Shown here: in pieces, positions 32,346-45,204 of the stretch
Layout: each line of letters starts with the position of its first letter
How positions within the stretch are numbered: the stretch's first letter is position 1
NCBI GenBank assembly: GCA_002269645.1
Contig: NIVC01001087.1
Location: forward strand, 186,001-250,000
Length of the DNA stretch: 64,000 nucleotides
Direction of reading: 5' to 3'
DNA from: Macrostomum lignano
Lineage: Eukaryota
The notes under the pieces: model-generated
Databases searched by the model: none
Seen by the model: only the letters and a program-made list of their open reading frames with translations
Told to the model about the DNA's origin: nothing
Translations under genes and position numbers: made by a program

Positions 32346-33773
32346 TATAGAATATAATTCTATAGCCTAATTAACTAAATTTATATTTGGTTTAAGTTAA
32401 TTAGGTTAACCATAAACAAATTTTAAGCTAAAACTTTAAGCTAAAACAAGAAATTGTTAGGGCCTAGCCGAAGATTATATAAGCACCAAATATTAATTTA
32501 AACCATTTAATAAGAGCATTCAAAGATATTTTATAGGCCTATATGGGATAAAGGTCATTATACTAGGTCTAATAAGGCACTTCAATGATAATTAGTTGTT
32601 TTAATAACAAGTTACATCTATGATAAACATAGTTTGCCTTTGGTAAAAAAGGAAACAAATTTTTGGTTAGAGGTCATTTTAGTAATATTATACAATATTA
32701 TAGGCCTAATATTATAGTATATACAATGATAAATGCACAACATAATACTTAGATTAAAAGTCAAAGTTCATGAATTATGATCAGAATTAGATTTACTTTT
32801 TATTTATTGTATTGTATGTGATATCCAACTAGCAAACTAAAACTATACTAAGTCGTTTAATGACTAGAGTGAGTCATAAAATTATAACAGCTAAAAGCTC
32901 AATTTATTTCTTGCATGGACAACACTAAAGATAGCCAAGATAGGCGTAATAATATGCAAAACATAGCATAAACATAACATAACAAAACGACCGAGTGTCA
33001 TCCGTTGATATGTTTGTCGAGCTCATCACAGTCAGTAGCGGTATTACATGCAGATCTCAAGCCTGTGAGACACACGGAACAACTTGGACAAGACAAGAAT
33101 CAGAATGATGTTGAATAACGTTATAAAATCTCGAAATTTCTCGAAAAATCACAATGCATTAGTAAGTCAAATGGCGAGGTGCAACAATACAAGGTTTTAA
33201 ACAAACTGTTATTTAAAAATAAAGGTCTGTATGTCGCTATAACTTTCGTAAAGCAATGTTAGGTCTAAATTTATACTAATGCAATAAGTTCCTCGAAAGT
33301 GAAAAACCGTTGACATATAAAACTAAAAAACAAACTATTTAACTTTATCATATGCACGGCATTTTTTACTTTTGAACAAGCAGCATGTTTAACGCTAGAT
33401 TGATTATTATAAATCTACCTGAGGCGAGGGCCGCAGTCGCATCGAGATCATTGCTTTTCTCAGAAATATTTTTTTAATTTCTATGCTTACCACCGCTATT
33501 TTTTGCTATTCTATGAAGTTTTTAACCTTTCATCCAGAATTCAAACGACACCCCACTCAATAAATTGATTGATGCTGCAAGATTTGCATTCACACCTAGC
33601 TTAGCTAGATTGAAAATTCATACCCCTCTCTACAATTTTCCATGAAACAGCTTAGTGAAAGTAAATTGATTTAGTATTATTATTATTTACCTACTCCTTT
33701 CAATTGATAGGCAGATAGTTATGCCTAGGCCTACGCCTATGGACTATGGTCACTGGTGTTCTGTGTAACTGTG

Positions 33774-33956
33774 CAGTAGTGCAACCAGAAATTTTTTGAG
33801 GGGGGGATTCTTGAGGGTAAAGACCCGGGAGGGGGCGGAGGGGTGGCTCTGTTTTTGGCAAAAATTCGATTGTTTCCCCCTTTGATTTTTTCAGTCTCTG
33901 CCTAAGGGGGTGGCAACCACATGGCACACCCCACCCCCCGCCTGGTTGCGCCACTG
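33774..33956. mobile_element. hAT-like MITE (183 bp)
   Basis: TIRs CAGTAGTGCAACCAG and CTGGTTGCGCCACTG; near-identical 8-bp flanks TAACTGTG (33766-33773) and TTACTGTG (33957-33964). Confidence 0.8.
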
Positions 33957-35219
33957 TTACTGTGTTAGGTGGTAGGCGGCATAGGCCTAGGCCTAACCTA
34001 AGAAAGAATGAGTTGAATACCAATCAATGGCTAGGGCTAGGGCCTAGGCCTATGCTACAAAGTACAAGTACCAAAAATTGTCTAGCAAAGTTTGCTACAT
34101 GCTACTTGCTAGCCATATAGGCCTAACCCTTTTATATAATAATAATAATATATTAATAATTCCAGAGTCCTATAGAGTATAGAGTAGGTTATAGAATGTA
34201 TTGCCAATAATCGGCAATATTATATTTTGTCTAGAGCTGCTATTGAGTTTTTAAGAATTCAATTGAAAATTATATTTAAGATGGTTGTAATATTTTAATA
34301 AGTTATAAAGTTATAATATTTCATTTAGTTAGACTGTCAATAAGTGTCAAATAGATTCTAGATGTTTAGAACCCCCTATATGGCTAGGCCTACAGCTAGG
34401 CCTAGTGCCTAGTAAAATGTAGAATCTGCAATGGGATCAAAATGGAATACTACAGTAAAATTCTAAATCCATAATGAAATGATAAATTATAAAATAAACT
34501 ACAGATCATACTAACTTTAAATAAAATGCAAATGCAAGGCACTATGAACTATAAATGTTATTTATAATAATAAAACTTTGAAAAATTAGACCAAACTGCT
34601 AGAGAAAATTAGGATTATATTTTCAATACCTATCTGCTATCACTTATAATATTCATGAGAGAACTTAAATTTACTACTTTGAGTTTGCCTTAATGCTTTA
34701 TAAAGCTAGTTTTTAGTACAGTTTGCCTTATAGAATCATATTTTAAAATTCTTTATATATTGTTTTATATCTTTATTTCTTTATATATCTTAGCTATTTA
34801 GAATTGATGTATATATTAATATCAATTCAAAAAAATTATAATTTTTTAATTCCCATACTTCTAGCTTTGCTTCAATTCTAAAGACTTGCTTCAATCTACA
34901 AGTCTTTTTGCAATTTATCATTTTGTAGCAGATTCCACATTTTATTGTGCTATTCTATTCCATTTTTACATTTTACTGGTATCAATATAGCTAAGCCTAT
35001 AATAATTTATCTATAGTTTTTATATTTTGTATATATTACATTTTTTCTTCAATTTTTGGCTTATAAAATTGTTGGAATAAAAATTTATTACTTAGTTTTG
35101 CTGCTATCCTGGTTAGTCAATCATTATTCTCTTTCAATTAGATGTCCATACATATAAAATTGCTAACTTTTCTTTATTACATTTAAGTTATCTTTTTCAG
35201 AAGCAACAATCCAAATAAA

Positions 35220-38200
35220 ATGGCATCAGCAGACATTGATCAGTTCATTCAAGAGCAGAAGCAAAGACTTGCTGCCGACAGGCAAAGGATTGGAAACAGT
35301 AGAGAGGCATTTCCACCTGGGCCCAGCACTAATGGTGGCTTGGCCTCGGCTGCTAAGCCTACAGTTTCAACAGGTGTGTAAAATATATTTTCACATTTGT
35401 TTGAAAGATCCCAGAGACTGTAATTTTATTCAAATTTCAAATTTTATCCTTATTTTAAAGTCCATACCCAAAAATATTTTAAACATCATATTATTTTTTG
35501 TTAAAATCCTCATTAGAAAACTAATAAATCTGCTAAACCTCTAATTTTTTCTCTAAAATGTCTTTAATCCCAAATTTCTTTTTGCTTCATTATTTGCCCC
35601 AATATTTCTATTCTTTTAGTCTTTATTGGATTACCCCCAATCCTGCTATTGTTTTAATCTAATTTCTATGAATTGAACAAAACGCAGTTGTTTAAATTAA
35701 TTCGCAACAATACTACTAACTGCTCTTCTATATTTAGTAGTAAGCAGCGCTGTACCTCTTGCAATGCAAATTTATGTTTGAAGTGGTGAGCATATTTTGG
35801 ACGAACATTTGCACACCTTGTGTAAGAGATAGGGATAAGGGACTGAACTCTCTTCTCTCCCCTTTCCCAGTATTGTCTATAGTTGGTGCAGAATTGGGCT
35901 TGCAGTGCAGTGATTCTTTGTGCTCTATAAATTGACCGCCTATGCGTGTGCAGCAGCTCTGAATTGTATTCTGAGTACAGTTGCCATAGCAACCAGCTGT
36001 ATCCCTAACTCTGCCCGCAGCTGCTGTCCCCACAATAGAATTTCCTCGGCCGCAGAGCAACAACAGCAAAGAGGAGAGCAGTGGCGGTCTGTTCTCAAAG
36101 CTGGGCGCTTACGCAGACACGAGGCGAGCGTTTGACGAATCTCGTCGAGAGGATTATTTGAAGCTGCGAAAACCTGTACCAGCAGCTTTCCCGGCTGCTC
36201 AGGATCCGCCAGTTCCAGCTTATCCAGCCAGCATGTCCACCGCTGGCTCAGGGTCTGGCAGCGGCGGTGGCCTGGGCATTGTTGGCGGCCTAAGAGATTC
36301 GACCAGTGCTAGACAAAGGAAAGAACGGCAGCGCAATGCTGAGTACAATGAGTACTTGAGAATGAAGGAACAGGTAAGAAGAATACAAGCTGGGGGTAAA
36401 CGGCGGGAGTAACTATCTATATATTTTTATGTGAAATGCCCTGTCATATAACTAGTAAATTATAGTAGACTAGTTAGCGTTTTAACAGTTTTAAAGTTGA
36501 AAAGGCCTTCGTTACAAGCTAGAAACTTCACAATTTACACTTGTCTTTTTATGCACTGTCTAGTTTATGAACTGTCTAGTTTATGAACTGTCTAGTTTAT
36601 GAACTGTCTAGTTTATGAACTGTCTAGTTTATGAACTGTCTAGTTTATGAACTGTCTAGTTTATGAACTGTCTAGTTTATGAATTGTCTAGTTTATGCAC
36701 TGTCTAGTTTATGAAGTGTCTAGTTAATGAACTGTCTAGTTTATGAACTGTCTAGTTTATGAATTGTCTAGTTTATGAAGTGTCTAGTTTATGAAGTGTC
36801 TAGTTTATGAAGTGTCTAGTTTATGAAGTGTCTAGTTTATGAACTGTGTAGTTTATGAACTGTCTAGTTTATGAACTGTCTAGTTTATGAAGTGTCTAGT
36901 TTATGAACTGTCTAGTTTATGAAGTGTCTAGTTTATGAAGTGTCTAGTTTATGAAGTGTCTAGTTTATGAACTGTGTAGTTTATGAACTGTCTAGTTTAT
37001 GAACTGTCTAGTTTATGAAGTGTCTAGTTTATAAACTGTGTAGTTTATGAACTGTCTAGTTTATGAAGTGTCTAGTTTATAAACTGTGTAGTTTATGAAC
37101 TGTCTAGTTTATGAAGTGTCTAGTTTATAAACTGTCTAGTTTATGAACTGTCTAGTTTATAAACTGTCTAGTTTATGAACTGTCTAGTTTATGAATTATC
37201 TAATTTGCGATTGGTCTTGTAATATAAACTTTCACCTAAAACGCAGGAGCAGCAACGCAAAAGACAGCCGCAGCAGAAGCAGCAGCAACAGCAGTTGCAC
37301 CAGCCACCTCGACAGACGCCATTACCGGAGATTCCGCAGCACCAGCCGACGCCTCCGCCGCCGCCTCAGCAGCAGCCGCAGCCATCGAACCGAGTGGATT
37401 TCACCAGTTTAGACGATCTCGAACGCCGCGTTGCCGAGCTCCGTGGCTTTACCGCTGTCCAGCCTCCGGCAGCTTCATCGCGCTACCCGGGGGGTGCCGC
37501 TCCGACAGCCAACGGTCTTGCCGACGGCTCGAAAGATCCCGTCAGTCGGCTGGAACAGTTGGAGGCCGAATACGAAAATCTTAGAAAAATGCTGCTACGT
37601 CAGAATGCTCAGCAGCAGCAGCAGCCTCAGCCTCAGAAACCTCATCAACCGCCAGCTTCCTCGACTCGTCTAGAAGCTTCATCTTTTGCCACTTCGACGT
37701 CTTCAGCTTCGTCAGCCGCAGTTGCCACTGTCGGCGGGGCCATCGACACCCGTCGACCTGACACGGCCAGCCAGCGCGAGAGAAAGCGCCAGGCATATAA
37801 AGCCGAGCTGGAGCGCCAGTTAGCGGAGCAAAAACAGCAGAAGCAGAGACCGTCGCTTCAGGAGCAATCTGCTACTAGACCTGGAATTGGAGACTTATCG
37901 GTGAGGTTTTGCTTTTTGAAATAAAGTTCCCTAATCCCATCTCAGTTCTCTAATCCCATCTCAGTTCCCTAATCCCATCTCAGTTCTCTAATCCCATCTC
38001 AGTTCCCTAATCCCATCTCAGTTCTCTAATCCCATCTCAGTTTCCTAATCCCATCTCGGGTCTTTAATCCCATCTGTGTTCCACAATTCCATCTCAGTTC
38101 TCTAATCCCATCTCAGTTCCCTAATCCCATCTCAGTTCTCTAATCCCATCTCAGTTCCCTAATCCCATCTCAGTTCTCTAATCCCATCTCAGTTCTCTAA

Positions 38201-41200
38201 TCCCATCTCAGTTCCCTAATCCCATCTCAGTTCCCTAATCCCATCTTAGTTCTCTAATCCCATCTCGGCTAACTAATCCCATCTCAGTTCCCTAATCCCA
38301 TCTCGGGTCTTTAATCCCATCTCAGTTCTCTAATCCCATCTCAGTTCTCTGATCCCATCTCAGTTCTCTAATCCCATCTCAGTTCCCTAATCCCATCTTA
38401 GTTCTCTAATCCCATCTCGGCTGGCTAATCCCATCTCAGTTCTCTAACCCCATCTCAGTTCCCTAATCCCATCTCAGTTCCCTAATCCCATCTCAGTTCT
38501 CTGATCCTATCTCAGTTCTCTAATCCCATCTCAGTTCCCTAATCCCATCTCAGTTCTCTAATCCCATCTCAGTTCCCTAATCCCATCTCAGTTCTCTGAT
38601 CCCATCTAAGTTCTCTAATCCCATCTCAGTTCTCTAATCCCATCTCAGTTCCCTAATCCCATCTCAGTTCTCTAACCCCATCTCAGTTCTCTAATCCCAT
38701 CTCAGTTCTCTAATCCCATCTCAGTTCCCTAATCCCATCTCAGTTCTCTAATCCCATCTCAATTCCCTAATCCCATCTCAGTTCTCTAATCCCATCTCAG
38801 TTCTCTAATCCCATCTCAGTTCCCTAATCCCATCTCAGTTCTCTAATCCCATCTCAGTTCTCTAATCCCATTCTGGTTCTCTGAGATCTCACCTCCCCAT
38901 CTAAGCACAGCCCTAAACTATAAAATTCCCTAAAATTCCAGTCGCTCCAATCGTCCAAGCCTTCGCCGCCAGCCGGTTACCTCGGGCTCGACTTAGACGA
39001 TGGCGGCGGGGGCGGCCTTGGCAGCTACGGCCTGGGCATCTACGAGGGCCTGTCAGCCTCTCAGGCCGCCGCACCGACGTCCAACCGAGGCGTTCGATTC
39101 GTTGAACCTTCGCTGACGACGCAGAAAGAGGATCCGGTTGCGAGCGGCGGCGGCGGCGGCTTGCTGGCGCTGGGCACCAAGCAGGAGCGCAAGGCTCAGG
39201 CCGCGGCCAGGCAGAAAGCCGAGTACGCCAAGGAGTTGGAGCGCCAGATGGCCGAGAAGAGGGCCGCCGAGATTAAACGGAAACGGGAGCGGGAAGAATT
39301 CGAGCGGAAAAAGGAAGCAGAAATTGCCGCCTACGACCCGTTTGGTGGGTTGCTGTGCCCTCTGCTGTGCCCTCTGCTGTGCCCTCTGCTGTGCCCTCTG
39401 CTGCACTCTCTGCTGTGCCCTCTGCTGCACTCCCTGCTGTGCCCTCTGCTGCACCTCCTACTGCACCTTCTGCAACTTTTCCTGCACCCTCCTCACCCTC
39501 TGCTACACCCTCTCCTGCACCTTTTCCTGCACCCTCTGATGCACCTTTTCCTGCACCCTCCTCACCCTCTGCTACACCCTCTCCTGCACCTTTTCCTGCA
39601 CCCTCCTCACCCTCTGCTACACCCTCTCCTGCACCTTTTCCTGCACCCTCCTCACCCTCTGCTACACCCTCTCCTGCACCTTTTCCTGCACACTCCTCAC
39701 CCTCTCCTGCCCTCTCTGCTGCTCTCTACTCCACTATCTACACACTCTCACCCTCTCCATCACGCAGCACTGCTGCATCTCCCTAAACTCGCCAGCTATA
39801 AACGGCTAAAACATTTCCTCAGGCAAAGGCGGCGGCGGCGCGCCAATCAAGGACGCCCAGGGCAACACGCGAGCCAACCTGAAGCAGGTGATGCGCGAGA
39901 CAGACGACGACAGACTGTCCAACAGCGGTCACCGTGCTGCTGCTACTGGCGACGGCTACGACGATTTTCGAGGCCGAGGCGGCGACTTCTCATCGGGAGT
40001 CGCACCGGCAGGTTCAGCCGATCCAGACGACTGGATGCAGCATCTCGACGGATTAAAAGATTTGCAGACTAGATTATCTAAATCGTTTACCGACGATTTT
40101 GGAGGATTTTCCAATGCTACTGCTGCTAATGCTACTAATAGTAGGCAGCAGAAAGATGTTCAGCAACAAGAGAAGCAACAGCAGCAGCAGCCGCAGCACG
40201 CCAGAGGTGGTCACGGGATCTTTGGCAGAGGCCTCTCTGACGAACAGAAGCGTCAACGAGAGCGCTATCAGGAGGAGCTGAGGCAGCAGGTTGGGGCTGG
40301 AATGGATTTTCAAGATTCTAGAAAATATAGATTGGATGCTGAGGTTAAGACATTAGAGCATGGAATCAAGGGAGCTACCACGGGAGAATAAGATAAGAGA
40401 TTAAATACTGTGATGTGATCAAGAGATTATTATACTGGAATCATGAGATTAGACACTGAGATCAAGAGATTAGACACTGATATCAAGAGATTAGACACGG
40501 AGATCAAGAGGCTAGACACAGTGATCAAGAGATTAGACACTGAGATCAAGAGATTAGACACGGAGATCAAGAGGCTAGACACAGTGATCAAGAGATTAGA
40601 CGCTGAGATCAAGAGATTAGACGCTGAGATCAAGAGATTAGACACTGATATCAAGAGATTAGACACGGAGATCAAGAGGCTAGACACAGTGATCAAGAGA
40701 TTAGACACTGAGATCAAGAGATTAGACACGGAGATCAAGAGGCTAGACACAGTGATCAAGAGATTAGACACTGAGATCAAGAGATTAGACGCTGAGATCA
40801 AGAGATTAGACACTGATATCAAGAAATTAGACACGGAGATCAAGAGGCTAGACACAGTGATCAAGAGATTAGACACTGAGATCAAGAGATTAGACACGGA
40901 GATCAAGAGGCTAGACACAGTGATCAAGAGATTAGACACTGAGATCAAGAGATTAGACACGGAGATCAAGAGGCTAGACACAGTGATCAAGAGATTAGAC
41001 GCTGAGATCAAGAGATTAGACGCTGAGATCAAGAGATTAGACACTGATATCAAGAGATTAGACACGGAGATCAAGAGGCTAGACACAGTGATCAAGAGAT
41101 TAGACACTGAGATCAAGAGATTAGACACGGAGATCAAGAGGCTAGACACAGTGATCAAGAGATTAGACACTGAGATCAAGAGATTAGACACTGATATCAT

Positions 41201-42715
41201 GAGATTAGACACAGAGATCATGAGATTAAGGAAAGAGAGTAGACGGAAGAGACTGATCTAGGAACCGAGCCGCCATCTCAACTGTTATCTCTAAAAATCC
41301 CGCACTTCGCCAGGTGGAGGAGCAGCGCCGAGCCAAGGAGGCGGAGCGCAAGCGGCAGGCAGAGGAGGATCTCAAGGAGCAGCGCCGGGCAGAGGAGCAG
41401 CAGCGGCGCATGCAGGCCGAGGCGGAGGCGGAGCGCCGGCGCCAGGCTGAAAAAGAGGCAGCGGCCAGGCAGAGGAACGAGGAGCTGCGGCTGGCCGCCG
41501 AGGAGCAGCGAAAGCAGGCGGCTGCGGCGGCGGCGGCGGCGAGACGTCGACGGGATGTCGGTTCTCCGCCGGCGCAGCCTCCTGCGGCGCAGCATCATCA
41601 TCATCAGCAGCAGCAGCAGCGCTATTCGCCAAGAGCTGCGTCCCCGCCTGTAATTATGGCAGCAACAAAACTTAATTTAGTTCATTTTATTCTCCCCGCG
41701 CCCTATCTACTGTGGGTCTTGTGTGTGATGACTTCAACTAGTCTATCCGTATTGGTGAGATTTTTAATCCTGTCTACTCTTAAATGGGTGAGATTTCTAT
41801 TTATCTCTAATCTAAGGGTGAGATTTCTATCTACCTCTAATATATTAGGGGTGAGATTTTTATCTACCTCTAATATAAAGGGTGAGATTTCTATCTACCT
41901 CTAATATAAAGGGTGAGATTTCTATCTACCTCTAATATAAAGGGTGAGATTTCTATCTACCTCTAATATAAAGGGTGAGATTTCTATCTACCTCTAATAT
42001 AAAGGGGTGAGATATCTATCTATCTCAGATCTAAGGGTTGAGATTTTATCTACGAGCGTATCTCTAATCTAGGGGTAAAATTTCTATCTACCTCTAATCT
42101 ATAAGGGCGGCATTTTTATCTACCTTTAATCTATAAGGGGTGAGATTTGTATCTACCTCTAATCTAAGGGGTCAGATTTCTATCTACCTTTAATCTACAA
42201 GGGGTGAGATTTCTATCTACCTCTAATCTATTAGGGGTGAGATTTTTATCTACCTCTAATCTAAGGCGTCAGATTTCTATCTACCTCTAATCTAAGGAGT
42301 GAGATTTCTGCCTTCCTCTAATATAAGGGGTGAGATTTCTATCTATCTCTAATCTATAAGGGATGAGATTTCTATCTACCTCTAATCTATAAAGGGTGAG
42401 ATTTCTATCTACCTCTAATCTACAAGGGGTGAGATTTCTATCTACCTCTAATCTATAAAGGGTGAGATTTCTATCTACCTCTAATCTACAAGGGGTGAGA
42501 TTTCTATCTACCTCTAATCTATAAAGGGTGAGATTTCTATCTACCTCTAATCTACAAGGGGTGAGATTTCTATCTACCTCAAATCTACAAGGGTGAGATT
42601 TTATCTGTCTCTTATCTAAGGGGGTGATATTTTGTTCTGTTTGACTTTTCCGCAGGTACCAGCAATTCGAACTCAAATGGAGGTGCCGCCGAAACAGCAG
42701 AAGCCGCCCACGCCA

Positions 42716-42746
<31 letters not shown>

Positions 42747-44423
42747 ACCAGCAGCAACAGCAGCATCAGCATCAGTCACTTCAGCGCCAATCAACAGCCG
42801 CATCGGTCGCCTCAGCACCCGAGCCGGAATCCATTGAGCAGCTGGCCAGGTTGAGGAATCAGCTGCGCAGCGAGCGTCGACGAATCGAGGAAGCTCTGGA
42901 CGCTGGCGGAAGCGGCGCCGGAAGCGGAAGCGCCAACGGAAACGGAGCCGGAACCTACCGGGTTAGGGGCTCTTCCGCAGGAAATCAGGTAGATGGATAT
43001 GCGTGGGTTCAATAAAGGAATTGCGTTGATTTGTCGGTTTTTCATTGGTCAGCAGGGTGTCAGATGACTCGTTACCGTTTTGGGTCAGGTTGGATCGACC
43101 CATTAGGCATGGGTCGTTCTAGGTCAGCACATCAGGTTCCTGACCCATCTTGATGATTGGGTCAGCAAATCCCATCCCTGACCCATCTTGATGATTGAGT
43201 CAGCAAATCCCATCCCTGACCCATCTTGATGATTGAGTCAGCAAATCCCATCCCTGACCCATCTTGATGATTGGGTCAGCAAATCCCATCCCTGACCCAT
43301 CTTGATGATTGGATCAGCAAATCCCATCCCTGACCCATCTTGATGATTGAGTCAGCAAATCCCATCCCTGACCCATCTTGATGATTGAGTCAGCAAATCC
43401 CATCCCTGACCCATCTTGATGATTGGATCAGCAAATCCCATCCCTGACCCATCTTGATGATTGAGTCAGCAAATCTAGGTCATCATGATTGGGTCAGAAA
43501 ATCCCATCCCTGACCCATCTTGATGATTGAGTCAGCAAATCCCATCCCTGACCCATCTTGATGATTGAGTCAGCAAATCCCATCCCTGACCCATCTTGAT
43601 GATTGAGTCAGCAAATCCCATCCCTGACCCATCTTGATGATTGAGTCAGCAAATCCCATCCCTGACCCATCTTGATGATTGGGTCAGCAAATCCCATCCC
43701 TGACCCATCTTGATGATTGAGTCAGCAAATCCCATCCCTGACCCATCTTGATGATTGGGTCAGCAAATCCCATCCCTGACCCATCTTGATGATTGGGTCA
43801 GCAAATCCCATTCCTGATCCCAAATCCGATATCGTGACCAATTGGATCTGGATCGGGTCAGATCAAGATGCAGACCCGGCAACCAGCCCCTACCCCGCGA
43901 ATCCCACCAGGTGGACGTCTTCGACATGGCCCGCGACCGCCGCAAGCCGGTGGCCGCCAAGCGCAACATTGCAGCCTCCTCTGGCGGTGCGGCCGCGGCC
44001 GCGGCAGCTGCTGCTGGCAAAACGTCGAGCAACCGTCGCAACTTTGACGACATTGGCGGTCTGGCGCCGTCAGACCTGGGTCTGGGCAGCATCGGTGGTG
44101 GCGGCTACGGCGGCGAAACGTTCGAGTCGATGCAGCTCGACAGCGAGTCGGCTTTTGTCGACATCGACCAGCCGCTGTCGCCTAGCGGATTCGAGCAGCT
44201 TGGAGGCGGCGGCGGAGGCGGCGGCGGCGGCGGTGCCCTCAGCCCAACTGTCAGTCTGGACGTTGACCGAATCGACCGAGCGAACGAGGCCCGATTAAAG
44301 CGACTGCAACGACTGCAAGCCGATGCGGTGTCCTTAAATGACCCCGAGGAAGTGCTGAGCAGATTTATGTCGCGTCAGACTCGGCCAGTCAGCGGCCAGA
44401 CCGGGCATGAAGGCGACGATTAA
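35220..44423 (+). CDS. CSPP1: Centrosome and spindle pole-associated protein 1 (CSPP1)-like, 8 coding exons, about 1070 aa
   Basis: Exons: 35220-35373, 36021-36373 (alternative in-frame acceptor at 36039), 37247-37900, 38942-39344, 39823-40289, 41314-41649, 42656-42988, 43911-44423. All GT-AG and phase-consistent (3213 nt). Motifs recalled from CSPP1: N-terminal DIDQFIQEQKQRLAADR, RNAEYNEYLR, YDPFGKGGGGAPIKD, SPPVPA, VDVFDMAR, LDSESAFV, DVDRIDRANEARLKRL. Confidence 0.92.
35980..35993. promoter_or_regulatory. RFX X-box (GTTGCCATAGCAAC) in CSPP1 intron 1
   Basis: Exact match to the near-palindromic 14-bp RFX consensus, 27 nt upstream of the exon-2 acceptor, in a ciliary/centrosomal gene. Confidence 0.65.
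36555..37195. repeat. 16-bp minisatellite (TGTCTAGTTTATGAA(C/G)), about 40 copies, CSPP1 intron 2
   Basis: Direct inspection. Confidence 0.96.
37930..38870. repeat. 19-bp minisatellite (CTAATCCCATCTCAGTTC(C/T)), CSPP1 intron 3
   Basis: Direct inspection, about 49 copies. Confidence 0.96.
39350..39720. repeat. Compound 12-bp and ~45-bp CT-rich repeat, CSPP1 intron 4
   Basis: CTGTGCCCTCTG repeats grade into TTTTCCTGCACCCTCCTCACCCTCTGCTACACCCTCTCCTGCACC repeats. Confidence 0.9.
40395..41230. repeat. 21-bp minisatellite, CSPP1 intron 5; reads as a heptad ORF (IKRLDTE)n
   Basis: Unit ATCAAGAGATTAGACACTGAG, about 37 copies; open on both strands (40443..41261 + and 40430..41221 -). Confidence 0.96.
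41755..42620. repeat. About 30-33-bp minisatellite (GGGTGAGATTTCTATCTACCTCTAAT...), CSPP1 intron 6
   Basis: Direct inspection. Confidence 0.93.
43130..43830. repeat. 38-bp minisatellite, CSPP1 intron 7
   Basis: Unit GTCAGCAAATCCCATCCCTGACCCATCTTGATGATTG(A/G). Confidence 0.96.
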
Positions 44424-45204
44424 GACATTTTCCGCGAGCAAACTACTTATAGTAGACGTGTATTTTTAGATGGACATTTTCTAAAAGTAAAAAAATTTTC
44501 TGGTTATTTTTGGTTCGAAAGAAACGATTTGTTTAGAAGTTCCTATGCAAGCAAAATCTCGTTTAGAAAACAGTAACAAAAGGAAATGTAAATACAAAAA
44601 TATTTCGTAGGCTGTGTCCATCTATTTTTCTTACGTAATCACATTCCTAAATCACTCTTTAATTGACTTTAAACTACTATGAGTAGACCGACAGCCTTCA
44701 AAGTGTTTTTTACAGAACGCTTTATTTAAATTATAAGCATTAGCATTTTAATTCGCACTTTGACCTTGCTTGTCCGTTCAAGAGTCCGTCCGTGAATCTT
44801 TTATTGCTACAAAATTGTTTAGCCTGCGTGCCATGCACTGTCTACTCTACTACTTGTCCAGGCGTGAGTAGCCTGTAGCGGTTTTTGTTGTCGTTAATTC
44901 ATTCTATTATTTTACTTTTAAAAGCCTGTACTGTAGTCTGTTTACTGATTCTTCTGGAAGAAGAGCCCCGTTATTGGATTGCGTTGTTTCACGTGATCCA
45001 CAATGCTTTATTTTCGGTGATATTTAATTGTGCTCTGCAAAAAAAAAATAATTTACCATTCTGGCAGTGCGTCTTTACTACAATTGTCAATCTGTTTTCT
45101 GCCCGAAAACATTTTTGAGTTTTGAATAGATTTTATTCCCAATTTTTTGCTATTGTGCTTATTCTTTCGATAATTAACAGTTGAGTAAATTCAATTTCAG
45201 CTAA

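Noticed and set aside
40430-41221. 263-aa minus-strand (ISVSNLL)n ORF
   Set aside because: Antisense reading of the 21-bp array, with no splice or start context.
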